DNA from: Selaginella moellendorffii
Taxonomy: Eukaryota; Plantae; Lycopodiophyta
Length of the DNA stretch: 64,000 nt
Direction: 5' to 3'
Assembly (NCBI RefSeq): GCF_000143415.4
Contig: NW_003314312.1
Span: 859,510-923,509 of the forward strand
Each line of letters starts with the position of its first letter. The stretch's first letter is position 1. Shown one piece after another: positions 12,501 through 25,431 of the stretch. Made by a program: the position numbers and the translations under genes. The notes beneath the pieces were generated by a model. That model was not told the DNA's origin. It ran no database searches and saw only the letters and a program-made list of their open reading frames with translations.

Positions 12501-13626
12501 GGTAAGAGTTTTATTTTCATGCTAGTTTATCCTATAGCTAGAATGAATTTCCATCAGGCACACGTGGAAGCTCTTTGCCATGGCAACCTTACGAAAGAAG
12601 AGGCGCTTGATATTGTGAATGTCGTGAAAAGTACGGTGGTGACTGTACCAATGCTAGAAGAAACGATGCCAAAGATAAGGATTGTGAAAATCCCTTCTCA
12701 GACCGACTTTGCGTATAATGTCCCGGTTGTGAACCCATTGGAAGAAAACTCTGTTGCTGAGGTACGCAAAATCTTGTCGGCTGGTGTTTTCTAAAGTGTT
12801 GGATTCGTGTTTTAGCTGTATTTTCAAATGGGATTGGATCTGGGAGCCGAGTCTGTCCGTGAACACGTTCTCGGTGATCTTTTTGAACATATGGTTTACG
12901 AGCCATTCTTCAACCAGCTGAGGTATGGTTTTCTTGACTCGCCGAAGTGCACGAACTCTTGACGCCGGTACTTGCAGGACGATTGAACAACTAGGATACA
13001 GAGTTGATTGCGGAACGCGTTACACCTATGGTGTATTGGGATTTTGCTTCCGGATTATGTCATCCAAGTACAGCCCCACGCACATCCACAAGCGAATTGA
13101 GGACTTCATCGATAAGCTGCAAAAGACTCTGGTAAGAACCATTCACTCTTGAGTGAGAGGCGGTCTCATCTTTCTTTGCTCAGGATGATATGTCGGAGGA
13201 AGTGTTTGATAACTACAAAAACTGCCTGATAGCAGAAAAGATGGAGAAAGACAAGTGCTTGAGTGACGAAACTGACCGCCACTGGGGGCACGTACTGGAC
13301 CAAAGGTATAGATAATAGTCTCATTGTTTCCAACTGGTTGCTTACACAAGTTGAGATCGTCTTCTAGGTACTTGTTTGATGCTCATGAGAAAGAGGCAGT
13401 GGCCCTCAAGGACATCAAGAAAGAGGACGTGGTGGAGTGGTACAAGCAGCACATAAGAGCTGGCGGATCCATGCGGCGAAGCTTGTGCATCCACGTCTGG
13501 GGGTGTCAGTTCAAGGACGAGATGCAGAAGAACAAGAACAAGAGGAACAAGAGGACACCTTACAGGCTGATCGAGGATATAGACGAGTTTAAGAACAAGG
13601 CGGAGTTATATCCTCCATTTCCATGA
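9566..13626 (+). CDS. Nardilysin-like insulinase (M16A) zinc metallopeptidase, multi-exon
   Basis: VVKSPSDKRDY, poly-acidic insert, AAAAMCVSVGS, GLAHFLEHMLFMGS (HxxEH, split by an intron), GGSSNAFT, HLIGHEGKGSL, EQLGYRV; many short GT-AG introns. A possible upstream ATG lies at 9348 (see findings). Confidence 0.93.
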
Positions 13627-13731
13627 TCCAGGTACTGGAAAATTCTCAATTGCAAAACCAGTTTTTCCAAAGGAAAGCTCTCGTAAAGACGGTCATAGAG
13701 TTCTTGGAGGAGATCGAGCTTCGATGGCAGT

Positions 13732-15912
13732 ATGGCCACGACGAGCGTTTTGTCACCGGCAGAGTTGGATCTCGTCCAGAGCTGCAAGACACTCCACCAG
13801 GCTCACGGCGTCAGCTCGTCAATTCTCTCTGGACCAAATGGAGACGCCACCTACACTCGCAACACTCTCCTCCAGATGTACGCCAAGCTCGGCAGCGTCC
13901 ACCACGCCCGCTCCATCTTCGACTCCATCGCTAGAAGAGATGACTACTCTTGGGTCATGATGCTCACGGCCTATGCCCAAAACGGGCATCTCACCCTCGC
14001 AAGGAGCGTCTTTGACGCCATGCCCGAGAGAAACATCGCTGCGTGGAACGCGATGCTGGCAGCCTATGCCCAGAATGGTCGTCTCGAGGAAGCAAAAGTT
14101 GTTTTCTCCGAGATGCCTGTTTGGAACGTCGTCTCGTGGACGACTATGGTGACTGCAAATGCCCAGAACGGGTATGTTCTTGAGGCAAAGATCCTCTTTG
14201 AGAAGATGCCAGAGACCAACTTGGTCTCCTGCAACGCTCTCCACTCGGCATTCGCTCGGAATGGTTTCGTGAGAGAAGCGAAAGAGGTGTTTGATTCAAT
14301 GCCGGCGAGGAACGTCTTGTCATGGACGAGCATGCTGACTGCCTATTCTCAAAAGCGGCATATCGACCAGGCAATGGAGTTTTTCCGCGAGATGCCAGAG
14401 ACCAACGTCGTTTCTTGGAACACAGTGCTGGGGGCTCTCTCGCAGTCCTCTCGAGCGGGCGAAGCAAAGAGAGTGCTTGCAAGAATGCCAGAGACCGACT
14501 TGATATCCTGGAACGCAGTTCTGGGAGCAGTGTCCGGGAACATCACCGAGGCAGTGGAGCTCTTCGACAGAATGCCGGAGAGAAACACTGCCTCCTTCAA
14601 CACGATGATCACAGCTTACGCTCAACACGGTCGGCTCGAAGACGCGAGGAGGATTTTTGAGGTGCTTCCCGAGAGAGACATGGTTTCGTGGAATGGGATG
14701 CTCACAGCGTACGCACAGAACGGTCACGTGGCGCAAGCTGCGAGGATTTTCTTCCATGCAATGCCAAAGCACGACATGGTGTCCGGGAACATTCTCCTGG
14801 CAGCTTACGGCCAGGCCGGGCGTGTGCAAGAGGCAAAGAGCGTCTTTGATGGCATGATGGAGCACAATCTAGTGGCCTGGAATGGAATGCTCATCGCTTA
14901 CGCCGCGAAAGCTCGAGTGGAGGACGCAAAACTGGTTTTTGATGCGATGCCGGACAGTGATATCGTCTCCTGGAATGTGATGCTCGGCTTGTATGCTCAG
15001 GCCGGGCATTTGGAGGAGTCGCAGTGCCTGTTTGAAGTGATGAAGGAGAGAAACGTCGTGTCGTGGACGAGCATGGTGGCAGCGTACGCTCAAAACAGGC
15101 AGCTCCAGCAAGCTCGGAGCTTGTTCTTCGAAATGCCCGAGTGGAACGTCGTGACTTGGACGGCCATGCTCGTCGCCTACGCTCGAGACGGTCACCTGGA
15201 GGAGGCAAAGTTCGTGTTTGATAGCATGCCAGAAAGGGACCAAGTTGCGTGGAACGCTTTGCTCGAGGCCTATGCCGAAGCTGGTCACTTGGATCACGCG
15301 AAGAACTTGTTCGATCAAATGCCGGATAGGAATCTCGTCTCCTGGACCGCGATGCTCGCAGCGCATGCTCAAGATGGTCTTCTCCTAGAAGCTGAATTGC
15401 TCCATCACTCGATGCCACAGCGAGACTCGGCCACTTGGAACGTAATGCTCGACGGCCAAGAGGGTCTTCTCGATCGAGCAAACTCTTCGATAGACGCACT
15501 CGAAGTTTTCCAGCTCGTGAAGATCGAAGGCATGGAACCGGACGAGATTTCCTTCCGGTGTATACTTTTGGGATGCAGCCACACGGGGGATGTAGGCGCC
15601 GCCAGATCTTGCTTTGCTTCGCTCGTCTCGGACCACTCCATGAAACCATCCAAGGAGCTCTACACTTGCATCGTGGATATCTTGTGCCGGGCAGCATACT
15701 TGGAGGACGCTCATGAGCTTCTCAACACCATGCCTTTCATGCCTCAAGCAATGGACTGGCAGTGCTTGCTTCGGGCTACACGAAGCCGTGACTTTGCCAC
15801 TGGTGTGAGTGATTCCGATCAAGCAGCCAAAAGAGCTCTGGATTTAAATTCGAAAGCCTCCGCGCCGTATGTATTATTAGCAAATTTGTATTCTAGAACC
15901 ATTCAAAACTAA
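13732..15912 (+). CDS. PLS-class PPR protein (long run of 31-aa S-type motifs, truncated E domain, no DYW)
   Basis: Intronless 726-aa ORF with repeated VSWNAMLxAYAQNG...FDxMP. Ends ...YTCIVDILCRA...PYVLLANLY. Confidence 0.93.
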   Translation: MATTSVLSPAELDLVQSCKTLHQAHGVSSSILSGPNGDATYTRNTLLQMYAKLGSVHHARSIFDSIARRDDYSWVMMLTAYAQNGHLTLARSVFDAMPERNIAAWNAMLAAYAQNGRLEEAKVVFSEMPVWNVVSWTTMVTANAQNGYVLEAKILFEKMPETNLVSCNALHSAFARNGFVREAKEVFDSMPARNVLSWTSMLTAYSQKRHIDQAMEFFREMPETNVVSWNTVLGALSQSSRAGEAKRVLARMPETDLISWNAVLGAVSGNITEAVELFDRMPERNTASFNTMITAYAQHGRLEDARRIFEVLPERDMVSWNGMLTAYAQNGHVAQAARIFFHAMPKHDMVSGNILLAAYGQAGRVQEAKSVFDGMMEHNLVAWNGMLIAYAAKARVEDAKLVFDAMPDSDIVSWNVMLGLYAQAGHLEESQCLFEVMKERNVVSWTSMVAAYAQNRQLQQARSLFFEMPEWNVVTWTAMLVAYARDGHLEEAKFVFDSMPERDQVAWNALLEAYAEAGHLDHAKNLFDQMPDRNLVSWTAMLAAHAQDGLLLEAELLHHSMPQRDSATWNVMLDGQEGLLDRANSSIDALEVFQLVKIEGMEPDEISFRCILLGCSHTGDVGAARSCFASLVSDHSMKPSKELYTCIVDILCRAAYLEDAHELLNTMPFMPQAMDWQCLLRATRSRDFATGVSDSDQAAKRALDLNSKASAPYVLLANLYSRTIQN

Positions 15913-16030
15913 GGAATATACTTAGATCCTTATTGACTCACTGTTGTCTGCTCTTAGATGTTCATTATATTTCCTTGAAAGAGTTTTCATTTGATTGACG
16001 ATCATAGGATAGCTTTGTGTTTGTGTGACA

Positions 16031-16336
16031 ATGGCAGGAAAAATGGTGCTCATTCTTGTCGCAATCGCTGTTGTGGGATCGATGATCACGGCCAATGCAA
16101 GCTTCTTCGATGCTTGGGCAGGGCCTGGGTGTAACAATCGGCTGGAGCGCTACCGCGCTTGTGGATGCAACAATGTTGGAGCCTCGCAGCACGGCGGCTA
16201 CAGCTTTGCGTACCAGGGCCAGACTGCTGCGGCCTACAACACGGCAAACTGCCGAGGTGTGGCACACACACGGTTTAGTAGCTCTGTGCAGGACTGCTCG
16301 GGCTTTGGATGGAGAAGCATCTTCATCCAGTGCTAA
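16031..16336 (+). CDS. MiAMP1-family (beta-barrelin) antimicrobial peptide
   Basis: Signal peptide followed by WAGPGCNN..RY..CGC...GGY.F.YQGQTAA.YN...C.GVAHTRF....C..FGW.SIFIQC; six Cys. Confidence 0.93.
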   Translation: MAGKMVLILVAIAVVGSMITANASFFDAWAGPGCNNRLERYRACGCNNVGASQHGGYSFAYQGQTAAAYNTANCRGVAHTRFSSSVQDCSGFGWRSIFIQC

Positions 16337-16773
16337 AGGGCTCCATGGCTCAAATCAAATTGCCAAATAAAAGAGAAAAATCTTCCATGTAATACTACAT
16401 TGCAGCTCTTTAGTCCAAGGTTGCTCATGGAAGAGTAATTACTTCCAACGGCTTGGTTTTAATTTATTTAAATATCATGAAATTCTTTAGATTTATCTGT
16501 GTATCCCTAAATATAAAGAATTCACGTATTGTGTGCCAGAACATTTTACAAGAAAATGTTTGATAATGGTATAAACGTACTATGTTCCTACCTCATTTAC
16601 ATTTAGGTGAAATTAATTTTATTGAAGACTATGAAATTCTTGTTTTTCATGGTGCTGCACAATTTGCAACGCTGGAAAGGTAGGCAAAATTGGGCTTTTA
16701 GAGGTTGTTTCTCTCATGAATTAAATCCTGATAGTGTTGAATTTTGTTGAAATTAAATATTATCACTGGTTTT

Positions 16774-18705
16774 CTAAATAATTTGGTTCATAAAAGGTTT
16801 TGAGTGCGAGACAATGTTTGCAAGCATTACATAAGGTGCCGGATGGTTTGGATCTGACTCAAGAGCCAACTTTGCCATGAGAGGTGCTCCTTTCGGACTC
16901 ATCTGGCTGAAACTGAGCAAGCTCTGCCAGTTGATGACGTCGTTCACAAACGGCATGCTCTTGACAAGCTCCTGTGCGTTGCTTACATCGCCAGATCGAG
17001 CGAAAACGTCGGCCAAGCAGCCATAGATAACCTTGGATGGTTTCATGCCGAAGTCCCCCCTCAGCGACCAAACCAAGTCCCGGGCCACCAAAACACTTCC
17101 GGCGTAGTTGCATCCCAGCACAATGCACAGGAAAGTGGTCTCGTTTGGTTCCATGCCCGCCATCTCCATTCTCTGGAAGAGCTTGACGACGTTCCCCAGG
17201 CCTCCTCGCTGGGAGAGAGTTGCAAGCATCGAATTCCAAGACACCACATTTGTCTCCGGCATCTCGTCCAACAACACTTTCAAGGCCCCGTCCAAAAGCC
17301 CATTCCTTGCGAAGGCCCACAGCATCACATTCCAGGAGACAACGTCCTTTTGGATCATCCGGAAGAAGAAATCTTTGGCATCGGTAAGAGGCCCATTCTC
17401 GGCATAGCCGGACAAGAGAGTGTTCAACGAAACCATGTCCCAAGCTGGCATTTCATCAAAGAGCAATTTTGAGTCATCGACAAGCCCGTTTTGGGCGTAA
17501 GCACCGAGCATGGCGTTCCATGAAACCAAGTTTCTCTTGATCATCACGTCAAACAAGCTCTTGCATTCCTCGACTCGGCCACTCCGAGCGTACGCCGTGA
17601 GCATCGTGTTGCTGGACACCAGATTTGTTTCTTTCATCTCGTCAAAAAGTTTCTTTGCCTCGTTTGTATTATCGACTCGTGCATATCCATCAAGCATGAT
17701 GTTCCAAGCTACGGCATCCCAAACCGGCATCTTGTCAAACAAGGCTTTTGCTTTGGGGATTTGCCCGTTTTGAGCGTAGGCCGCCACCATGGCCGTCCAC
17801 GAAACAATGCTTTGCTGTGGCATCTTATCAAACAAGGATTTTGCCTCGTCAACTTTTCCACTGCTCGCAAACGCATGTAACATTCCAGCACACGAGACAA
17901 GGCTGTGCTCAGGCATGAAATCATAAAGAGCCTTCGCCTTCGCAAAATCACCGCTTTGGACAAATGCTGTAAGCATAGCGTTCCAAGAAACCGTGTCTTT
18001 CTCCTCAATGGAATTAAACAGGTAGAAAGCTTTGTCGATCTCACCGCTGGAAGCGTAAACATCTAGCATAATCGTGTAAGCCGCCAGAGATTTCTCAGGC
18101 ATAGAATCAAAAACTCGTTTTGCATCTTCAAAATGCCCACTTGCGGCATACGCTGTTAACATTCTTAACCACGATGAAGCATTCCATTCGGGCATGGCAG
18201 CACAGCTATCCGCCACCTTTCTAAACTCCTTTGACTGCCCATAAACGACTATAAGGGCGTTCCACGAGAAAATGTCCCATGCAGGCATAGAATCAAAGAG
18301 CTTCTTCGATTCTACAACATGACCACTCTGGGCATATGCAGTAACGATCGTGTTCCACGACACTAAATCCCTTTCGAGCATTGAATCGAACATTTTCTTG
18401 CCATTTTGGAGATGCCCAGCGCGGGCATAAAGCCCCAGCATTGTGTTCCATGAAACAACGTTGGTCTCCGCAAATTCCTCGAGGAAGAACTTGCGAGCTT
18501 GCGACACCATTTTCTTGTGAGCGTAGGCAGCGAGCATGGCATTGCAGGAGCTCACATTCCTGGCGGGCATTCGATCGAAAAGCTCTCTGGCCTCGGTGAC
18601 GCGGCCATTGCGAGCGTAGAACGAAAGCATCGACACCCATGCCGACTGATCCAAACTTCCCTTGCTGGAGAGAAGATGGTCGAAGATCGCGCGAGCTTCT
18701 TCCAC
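16774..18705 (-). CDS. PLS-class PPR protein with truncated E domain (no DYW); first in-frame ATG at 18630
   Basis: Intronless ORF of repeated S-type PPR motifs ending PYVMLANI. The ORF-track start is GTG; the frame is open to ~18741, just after a candidate acceptor. Confidence 0.88.
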   Translation of the reverse strand: MEEARAIFDHLLSSKGSLDQSAWVSMLSFYARNGRVTEARELFDRMPARNVSSCNAMLAAYAHKKMVSQARKFFLEEFAETNVVSWNTMLGLYARAGHLQNGKKMFDSMLERDLVSWNTIVTAYAQSGHVVESKKLFDSMPAWDIFSWNALIVVYGQSKEFRKVADSCAAMPEWNASSWLRMLTAYAASGHFEDAKRVFDSMPEKSLAAYTIMLDVYASSGEIDKAFYLFNSIEEKDTVSWNAMLTAFVQSGDFAKAKALYDFMPEHSLVSCAGMLHAFASSGKVDEAKSLFDKMPQQSIVSWTAMVAAYAQNGQIPKAKALFDKMPVWDAVAWNIMLDGYARVDNTNEAKKLFDEMKETNLVSSNTMLTAYARSGRVEECKSLFDVMIKRNLVSWNAMLGAYAQNGLVDDSKLLFDEMPAWDMVSLNTLLSGYAENGPLTDAKDFFFRMIQKDVVSWNVMLWAFARNGLLDGALKVLLDEMPETNVVSWNSMLATLSQRGGLGNVVKLFQRMEMAGMEPNETTFLCIVLGCNYAGSVLVARDLVWSLRGDFGMKPSKVIYGCLADVFARSGDVSNAQELVKSMPFVNDVINWQSLLSFSQMSPKGAPLMAKLALESDPNHPAPYVMLANIVSHSKPFMNQII

Positions 18706-18892
18706 GCTACCACACCGGCGGATATCAAGAACAGCCAGCTTCTATCAAAATGTGTAGGGTCTTATCAAAATCTCAAGAAGAAAACGAGAAGAAGCATCAT
18801 AGCTCTATCAAAGATAAGCGCGAGAAGAAAACCAAAAAGCTAGAGACAATACTTACAGGAGAGGAAAACCGCTGCGTGCTCTCGATCTTCTT

Positions 18893-21501
18893 TCACTGCT
18901 GGCGGGGTCTCGCACGACCGATAAGGCGGCATTGATACGGTAGCAACGCTGCTGATATCGGACTGTTTAGCTCCAGGAGCTCGCCATCGATCCCACAACC
19001 TTGAAGATCATTTCCTGCGGTTTTTAGTATAGCTTGGCGCACCTGTTTGTTGCGAAGTATTAGCGAAGTAGCGAAAGCAAAAAAAGATTTTGATGCCGGA
19101 GCGAGCGAGCTTACCTTGATGTACTCGACGAATGGTAGTTTCAAGTGACGGTTGAACTGCATCGACCAGAAGAAACGCAGGAGTTGCAACCGGCCCACTG
19201 CTCGCACGATGATCAAGTCGAGGTTCCCGTCGTCGTGCTCCGCCCCGGGAGCAAGAACTTGAGATGGTAGGCACTGCACCGTCTTGCACTGATGGTTGCA
19301 CAGCATAATTCCCAGAAAATATCCCTGCCTGTGCTCCCACTTTGGCACCACGCTGTCACTGGACGGTGGGAAGCTATCCGACTCGGAGCTGAATCTGGAG
19401 TCGACAGGACTGTCCCATTTCGGTCCCGGACTGCTGTCCCATTTCGGTGCTGCACTGTCCCACTTCGGTGCTGGACTGTCCCACTTCGGTGCCGGACTGT
19501 CCCACTTCGGTGCCGACGACACGTTTTCTGCTTCCCCGTTGGAAGAGATCACAGAGTTGGCACGCGAAACTCTGGCCGACTCGCCGTCCACGCTCAGCCC
19601 CGACCAGCTTTTCTCGGACCTCGACTTGGACCTCGTCCGTGGCCTCGGAGACGGACTAGTTGTTCCGTGGTGGACGGAAAGAGCCTCCTCGGTGCAGCAA
19701 CCGGGAAAGGAAGCTCGAGTCGAGAGTTGCTTCTTTGTCTTCCCGTCGAGGCCTCTGACGTAGTCGGATGGCTCGTTTGTAGCATCGTGATCATTCTCCG
19801 TCGAAGTGCTTCTTGAAAAGATGGCCTCGATGGTCCCTGCCTCGAGGTCTCCATGTCTGTCGACTTCCAGACGAACGTTCGGGCCGCTGGCTTCGTCTTT
19901 CTTGGTGTCGACTGGGACGAAATCTATTTCACACTTGTACTGCGGCAAACGGAGTAGCTTCAGAGCACCTGCTACGAAGTACCGCAATGGTCCAAACCTT
20001 TTCTGGTATTTACCAGAAAGCTCCAAGACTGCAATTCACTTAAATCAAATCCTGTGGTAGCAAAAGGAAAATGAGATACCCACCATCACTCATAAATCCA
20101 TAATATGCAATTGTAAAGCCAAGATGAACAGCACCAGTTTTAGTCCATTCCACGCCAAGAACATCCATACCCACCATGCCTCCCTAAAACTCAAAAGACG
20201 AAAATGAGAAAGTCTAGCCTTGACTCCAAAATAGCAGAACAAAAGAATACTACCTTCACGATTGCAACAGCAGCGGAGACGGGATCGCGAATACCTAAGA
20301 CGGTCCATACCAACGAGTTATCAGAGCCGGCCGGGATAATGCCAATGGGAACCTCCGATGCTCTGTGTGGATTATCTCTGCTAAGTAAGCCGTTCAGCAC
20401 CTACACAAAAACAGAAAGCAAGCAACGACGTCTTTAAGACCGTGTTTCCCGATGAGTGAATTACCTCGTTCACAATCCCGTCGCCACCAACACAAATAAT
20501 TCCTAAAAGACACAAGTCAGTTGCAAAGTGAACAAATGGTACGCTAGAAAACGCGTGACTTACCATCTGGACAAGTAGAGAGATCGACAGTAGATGCCAG
20601 TGTTTGAGCGTGACGGGCATCCGTGGTCTCGACAATTGTAAGTCTAAAACCAGCCAGCTGTAAGAAAGATGCACTGTGTCCGTGAGTAAATGCAAAGTGA
20701 ATGCTCAAAGTACTTGCCTTCAGGACTGGCTCCGCCTTACTGAACACCTTGCGAGCACGACCACGACCGGAGCGAGGATTCAGAATGACAAGCACCGTAG
20801 GACGGGACCGGCACCTGATCGAGGGGGACGGAGAGGATCCCGCATCGACAACAGTGCTCTTCTTCTTCGAGGATGCGAGCGGGTGCCTCAAAAAGTTGAT
20901 GTGGCAACCTTGGTCGGCGAAGGCAGAGACCCACTGCAAAACCTCTTCGGCATCAGGAGCTAGGAAATGTAGATCTTTCCGAGACCTCCGCGAGCTCGAG
21001 ATCCATTTCTCTTTCGTGACTTGATACGAGTGGATTGTAAAGCGTCGACTTCCGTCGCTGTAAGAAACCTGGCAAGTTACACGAATGAGCAACCAAGCGA
21101 AGAAAGGAAAGAAGAAAGAAGAAAGAACTTACAGCGACAACGTCTTCGAGCCTCAAACAGTGAAGACCCCAGATGAGTGCCTTGGTAGTGAGCTTGGCGT
21201 GGACCTCCACAGTAGCCATGTTTATGTTATCTTGCGTGCCAGTGCCTGGAGGAGCCACCATACCCGTCATGACAATCTCCCCCAGCAAATCCAAGTCCTC
21301 ATCCTTGATATTTATTTTGTGGTCGCCAGGTACCTCTCTCTCGGCTTTCTTCGAGCGCCTGGCACTTCCAGAGAGCCCCCATTTGCTCTTCTTGGACGAT
21401 GGTGGAGGGGGCAAAGCCTGCGGCGGCGCCTCCTGGTCGCCCGGCTGAGAATTCTCCGTCTTCTTCGCTAGAACGCGTAGAGGATTGATCGAGCCCCGCA
21501 T
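18893..21501 (-). CDS. LCBK1: Sphingoid long-chain base kinase 1
   Basis: AKLTTKALIWG, VILNPRSGRGR, IICVGGDGIVNEVLNGLL, IGIIPAGSDNSLVW, KYQKRFGPLRYFVAG, GCGIDGELL; multi-exon with one GC-AG intron. Confidence 0.92.
19407..19514 (-). repeat. Coding 21-nt minisatellite (PKWDS-PA x5) in LCBK1
   Basis: ctgtccca(c/t)ttcggt repeated five times at ~21-24 nt spacing. Confidence 0.9.
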
Positions 21502-22028
21502 CTCTGCCCAATTCCCACGGCTCACAGCGCCGATCGTAGTACCATCCCCTGGAAATTTAGAGGGCCGAATTAGCGGCGCGAGAGAGAAGGGGGAAAAGAC
21601 CTAGGAAATGCGCGACAATCAAGGATCTGGAGGAGAGAGAATGCGCCTGGCTACAGTGAGGAAGAGCTGCATTCCAGCTAGAGGACGAGAGAGAGTGCCG
21701 TGAGCACGATGATCTTCTCGGAATTTCGTACAGCGCCTACGATCTAATCCCCAAATCACACTGTTTGGATCGTGAGCTTACCTGTTGGCGCCGCCGTCGC
21801 GCTGCTACAGTGTTCTTCGCTCCTCCTCCTCTTCCTTGCCTGACCCGCTGCTGGGCATGGTCTGTGACATCAGCAAATGCCCTAGAAGGTGGAGCATATT
21901 CTACTAGATACTTTTTTACGAGATGCGGATCTCAAACCTGGAATAAATTGTGGCCCTAAAATTACGCTCTCGGGGTATATGCGAATTTGAAGTAGAGAAT
22001 ATTTCGGGCCAGGTTTAGGGTTTTCTAG

Positions 22029-23522
<1,494 letters not shown>

Positions 23523-23685
23523 TGATCCTTTTTGTTCTTCTTTTAACTTCGGAAAGTATGCCCCGAATATTCGTTGTTTGCGAATATGCTAATAAATATT
23601 CTAAAATATTTTGCAAAGAGCTCTTCCCGCGCGCCATAGCTAGGGTTTTAGGGGACTCATCGATGGGAGCGGCGTGAAGGAGGCG

Positions 23686-24938
23686 ATGAGGTGCAATGCG
23701 TGCTGGAAGGAGCTGGAAGGGCGCGCCGTAGCCACTGTCTGCGGCCACATTTTCTGTAAGCGCGCGCGCTGGCGCCAATCGATGGATCCCTGGGATTTCG
23801 TCTGTCACTGATCGCGATGCTTGCTTCTCGCCAGGCAACGAGGATGCCGCCAAGATTCTCACTTGCGACTCAACATGTCCTCTGTGCGAGCAGATCTTGT
23901 CCAAGAGGTATGATCCACCAAAATATTTCTCCCCCATTGCAATCACCGCCATTTCAGCAACATGAAGTCCCTCGACTTGAATCCAAACGACGACTGGACT
24001 AATGTAAGTCGATCTGTGCCTGGCAATCGTCTAAGATCCAAGGTTTCGTGCAGATGATCATGGCCGGAGTACCGCCTCACTGCAGTATCCTTTCTCAAAG
24101 TTGTACTTTTCTAGTGTATTGTTTTTTTTCTTTTTGTAAGCTAGCTAGCCAGGCGGCCTTAACTCTGCAAAGTCATGAAGAGCGCGTTCAAGGGTGTCAT
24201 CTTCTGGATCGGGCAGAAAGACGTGGAATCGCAGCTCACAGTGAATCGGGCAACGCAATGGAAGCAGAAGTGCAAAGAAATGGAAGCGACCTTTATGCAG
24301 AAGATGTCCGAGTTCCAGGGAGCTTACCAAAAGGCCGTCAAGAGAGTCCAGGCGCTGGAAGCCGAGCGAGACAGCCTGCTCAAAGACAAGAGCGAACTGG
24401 AGGAGAAGTACTCGGAAAAGTCACGGTAAGCTAAACTCATGAGTTCCTGGTTGTTTTTTAATTCTGGGGAATGACTTACAGGCAGAAGAGGAAGCTGGAG
24501 GAAATGTACGACTCTCTTCGTACCGAATACGAGAAAACGAAGATGAATGCTTCACGGCCGCCTCCAGCACGTATGGGAAGTCCGAACGGGATAGCCGACT
24601 CTGATCTCTGGCAGTCGAGGCCTGCTCAAAAAGCCGGGGCATTCCACCATCAATCGCTGCTTCCTCCGACGAGAAGACCGGCACCAGCTCCTGCTCCAAT
24701 GCTAACGAACAGGCAGCGTCAGACCTCTCCATTCAAGTCGGCGGACTCGGACATGTTTGCGCCACCGCCACCTGCCAGGAACACCTCGAATGCGCTGCGA
24801 AATCTGCTGCTCTCGCCACTCAAGAGGCCAATATCGAGACTTGGAGCACCCGGACTGAGGTACCCAAAGTTTAAGCTTGAGTGCGCGTGAGTGACACCTT
24901 CTCTTCTTTAAAAAAAAAATTGTGCTTGCAGCTCTTGA
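23686..24938 (+). CDS. HEI10: HEI10/CCNB1IP1 meiotic RING E3 ligase
   Basis: MRCNACWKELEGRAVATVCGHIFC RING, CPLCEQILSK, coiled coil, ELEEKYSEKSRQKRKLEEMYDSLRTEYE, NALRNLLLSPLKRP. The 3' end assumes a terminal intron (otherwise the stop is at 24890). Confidence 0.92.
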
Positions 24939-25431
24939 GCTGGACGGAGGAGGCGCGATCGAATCAAAAAGCTCAAATTCTACTTCGTGTAAGCACGTCA
25001 TTTGTTTCTGTACAGTTCTTTTTTCTCGCGTTTAAATTGTCAGCTGACAGCGACTTTGAGAGGTTTTTGGACTAATTTAGGGCAGACGGTTTGAGGCCAG
25101 TCTCACAAGATAGTCTTTGTGAGACGCTACTTCAACCGTGTCTGCATTCGCGATATTCGCATCGAGTAGATGCGAATCGCGTCCCCGCCGGGGTCGGTGA
25201 CAGCTCCGCCTTGGCAACGTGAGCAACCCTGCAAGGTGTTTGGTTGTTCGTCGTTTTCATTTCACAGGACGGACTCCCAGCTCTCCGTTTTGGTACACTC
25301 AACTAATCAACCGACGGCTCAAGCAATCGTTGGCGGCGTTGTATCCGAGGTAAGGAACTTGTTTTTTTTAATGCTTCCTCAACCTGAAATTGCAGGCTGC
25401 TGGGGCTTCTTCATCTCGGAGTTCCAAGAAG

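Noticed and set aside
13819-15822. Multiple antisense ORFs across the PPR gene
   Set aside because: Expected by-product of repetitive, codon-biased PPR sequence.
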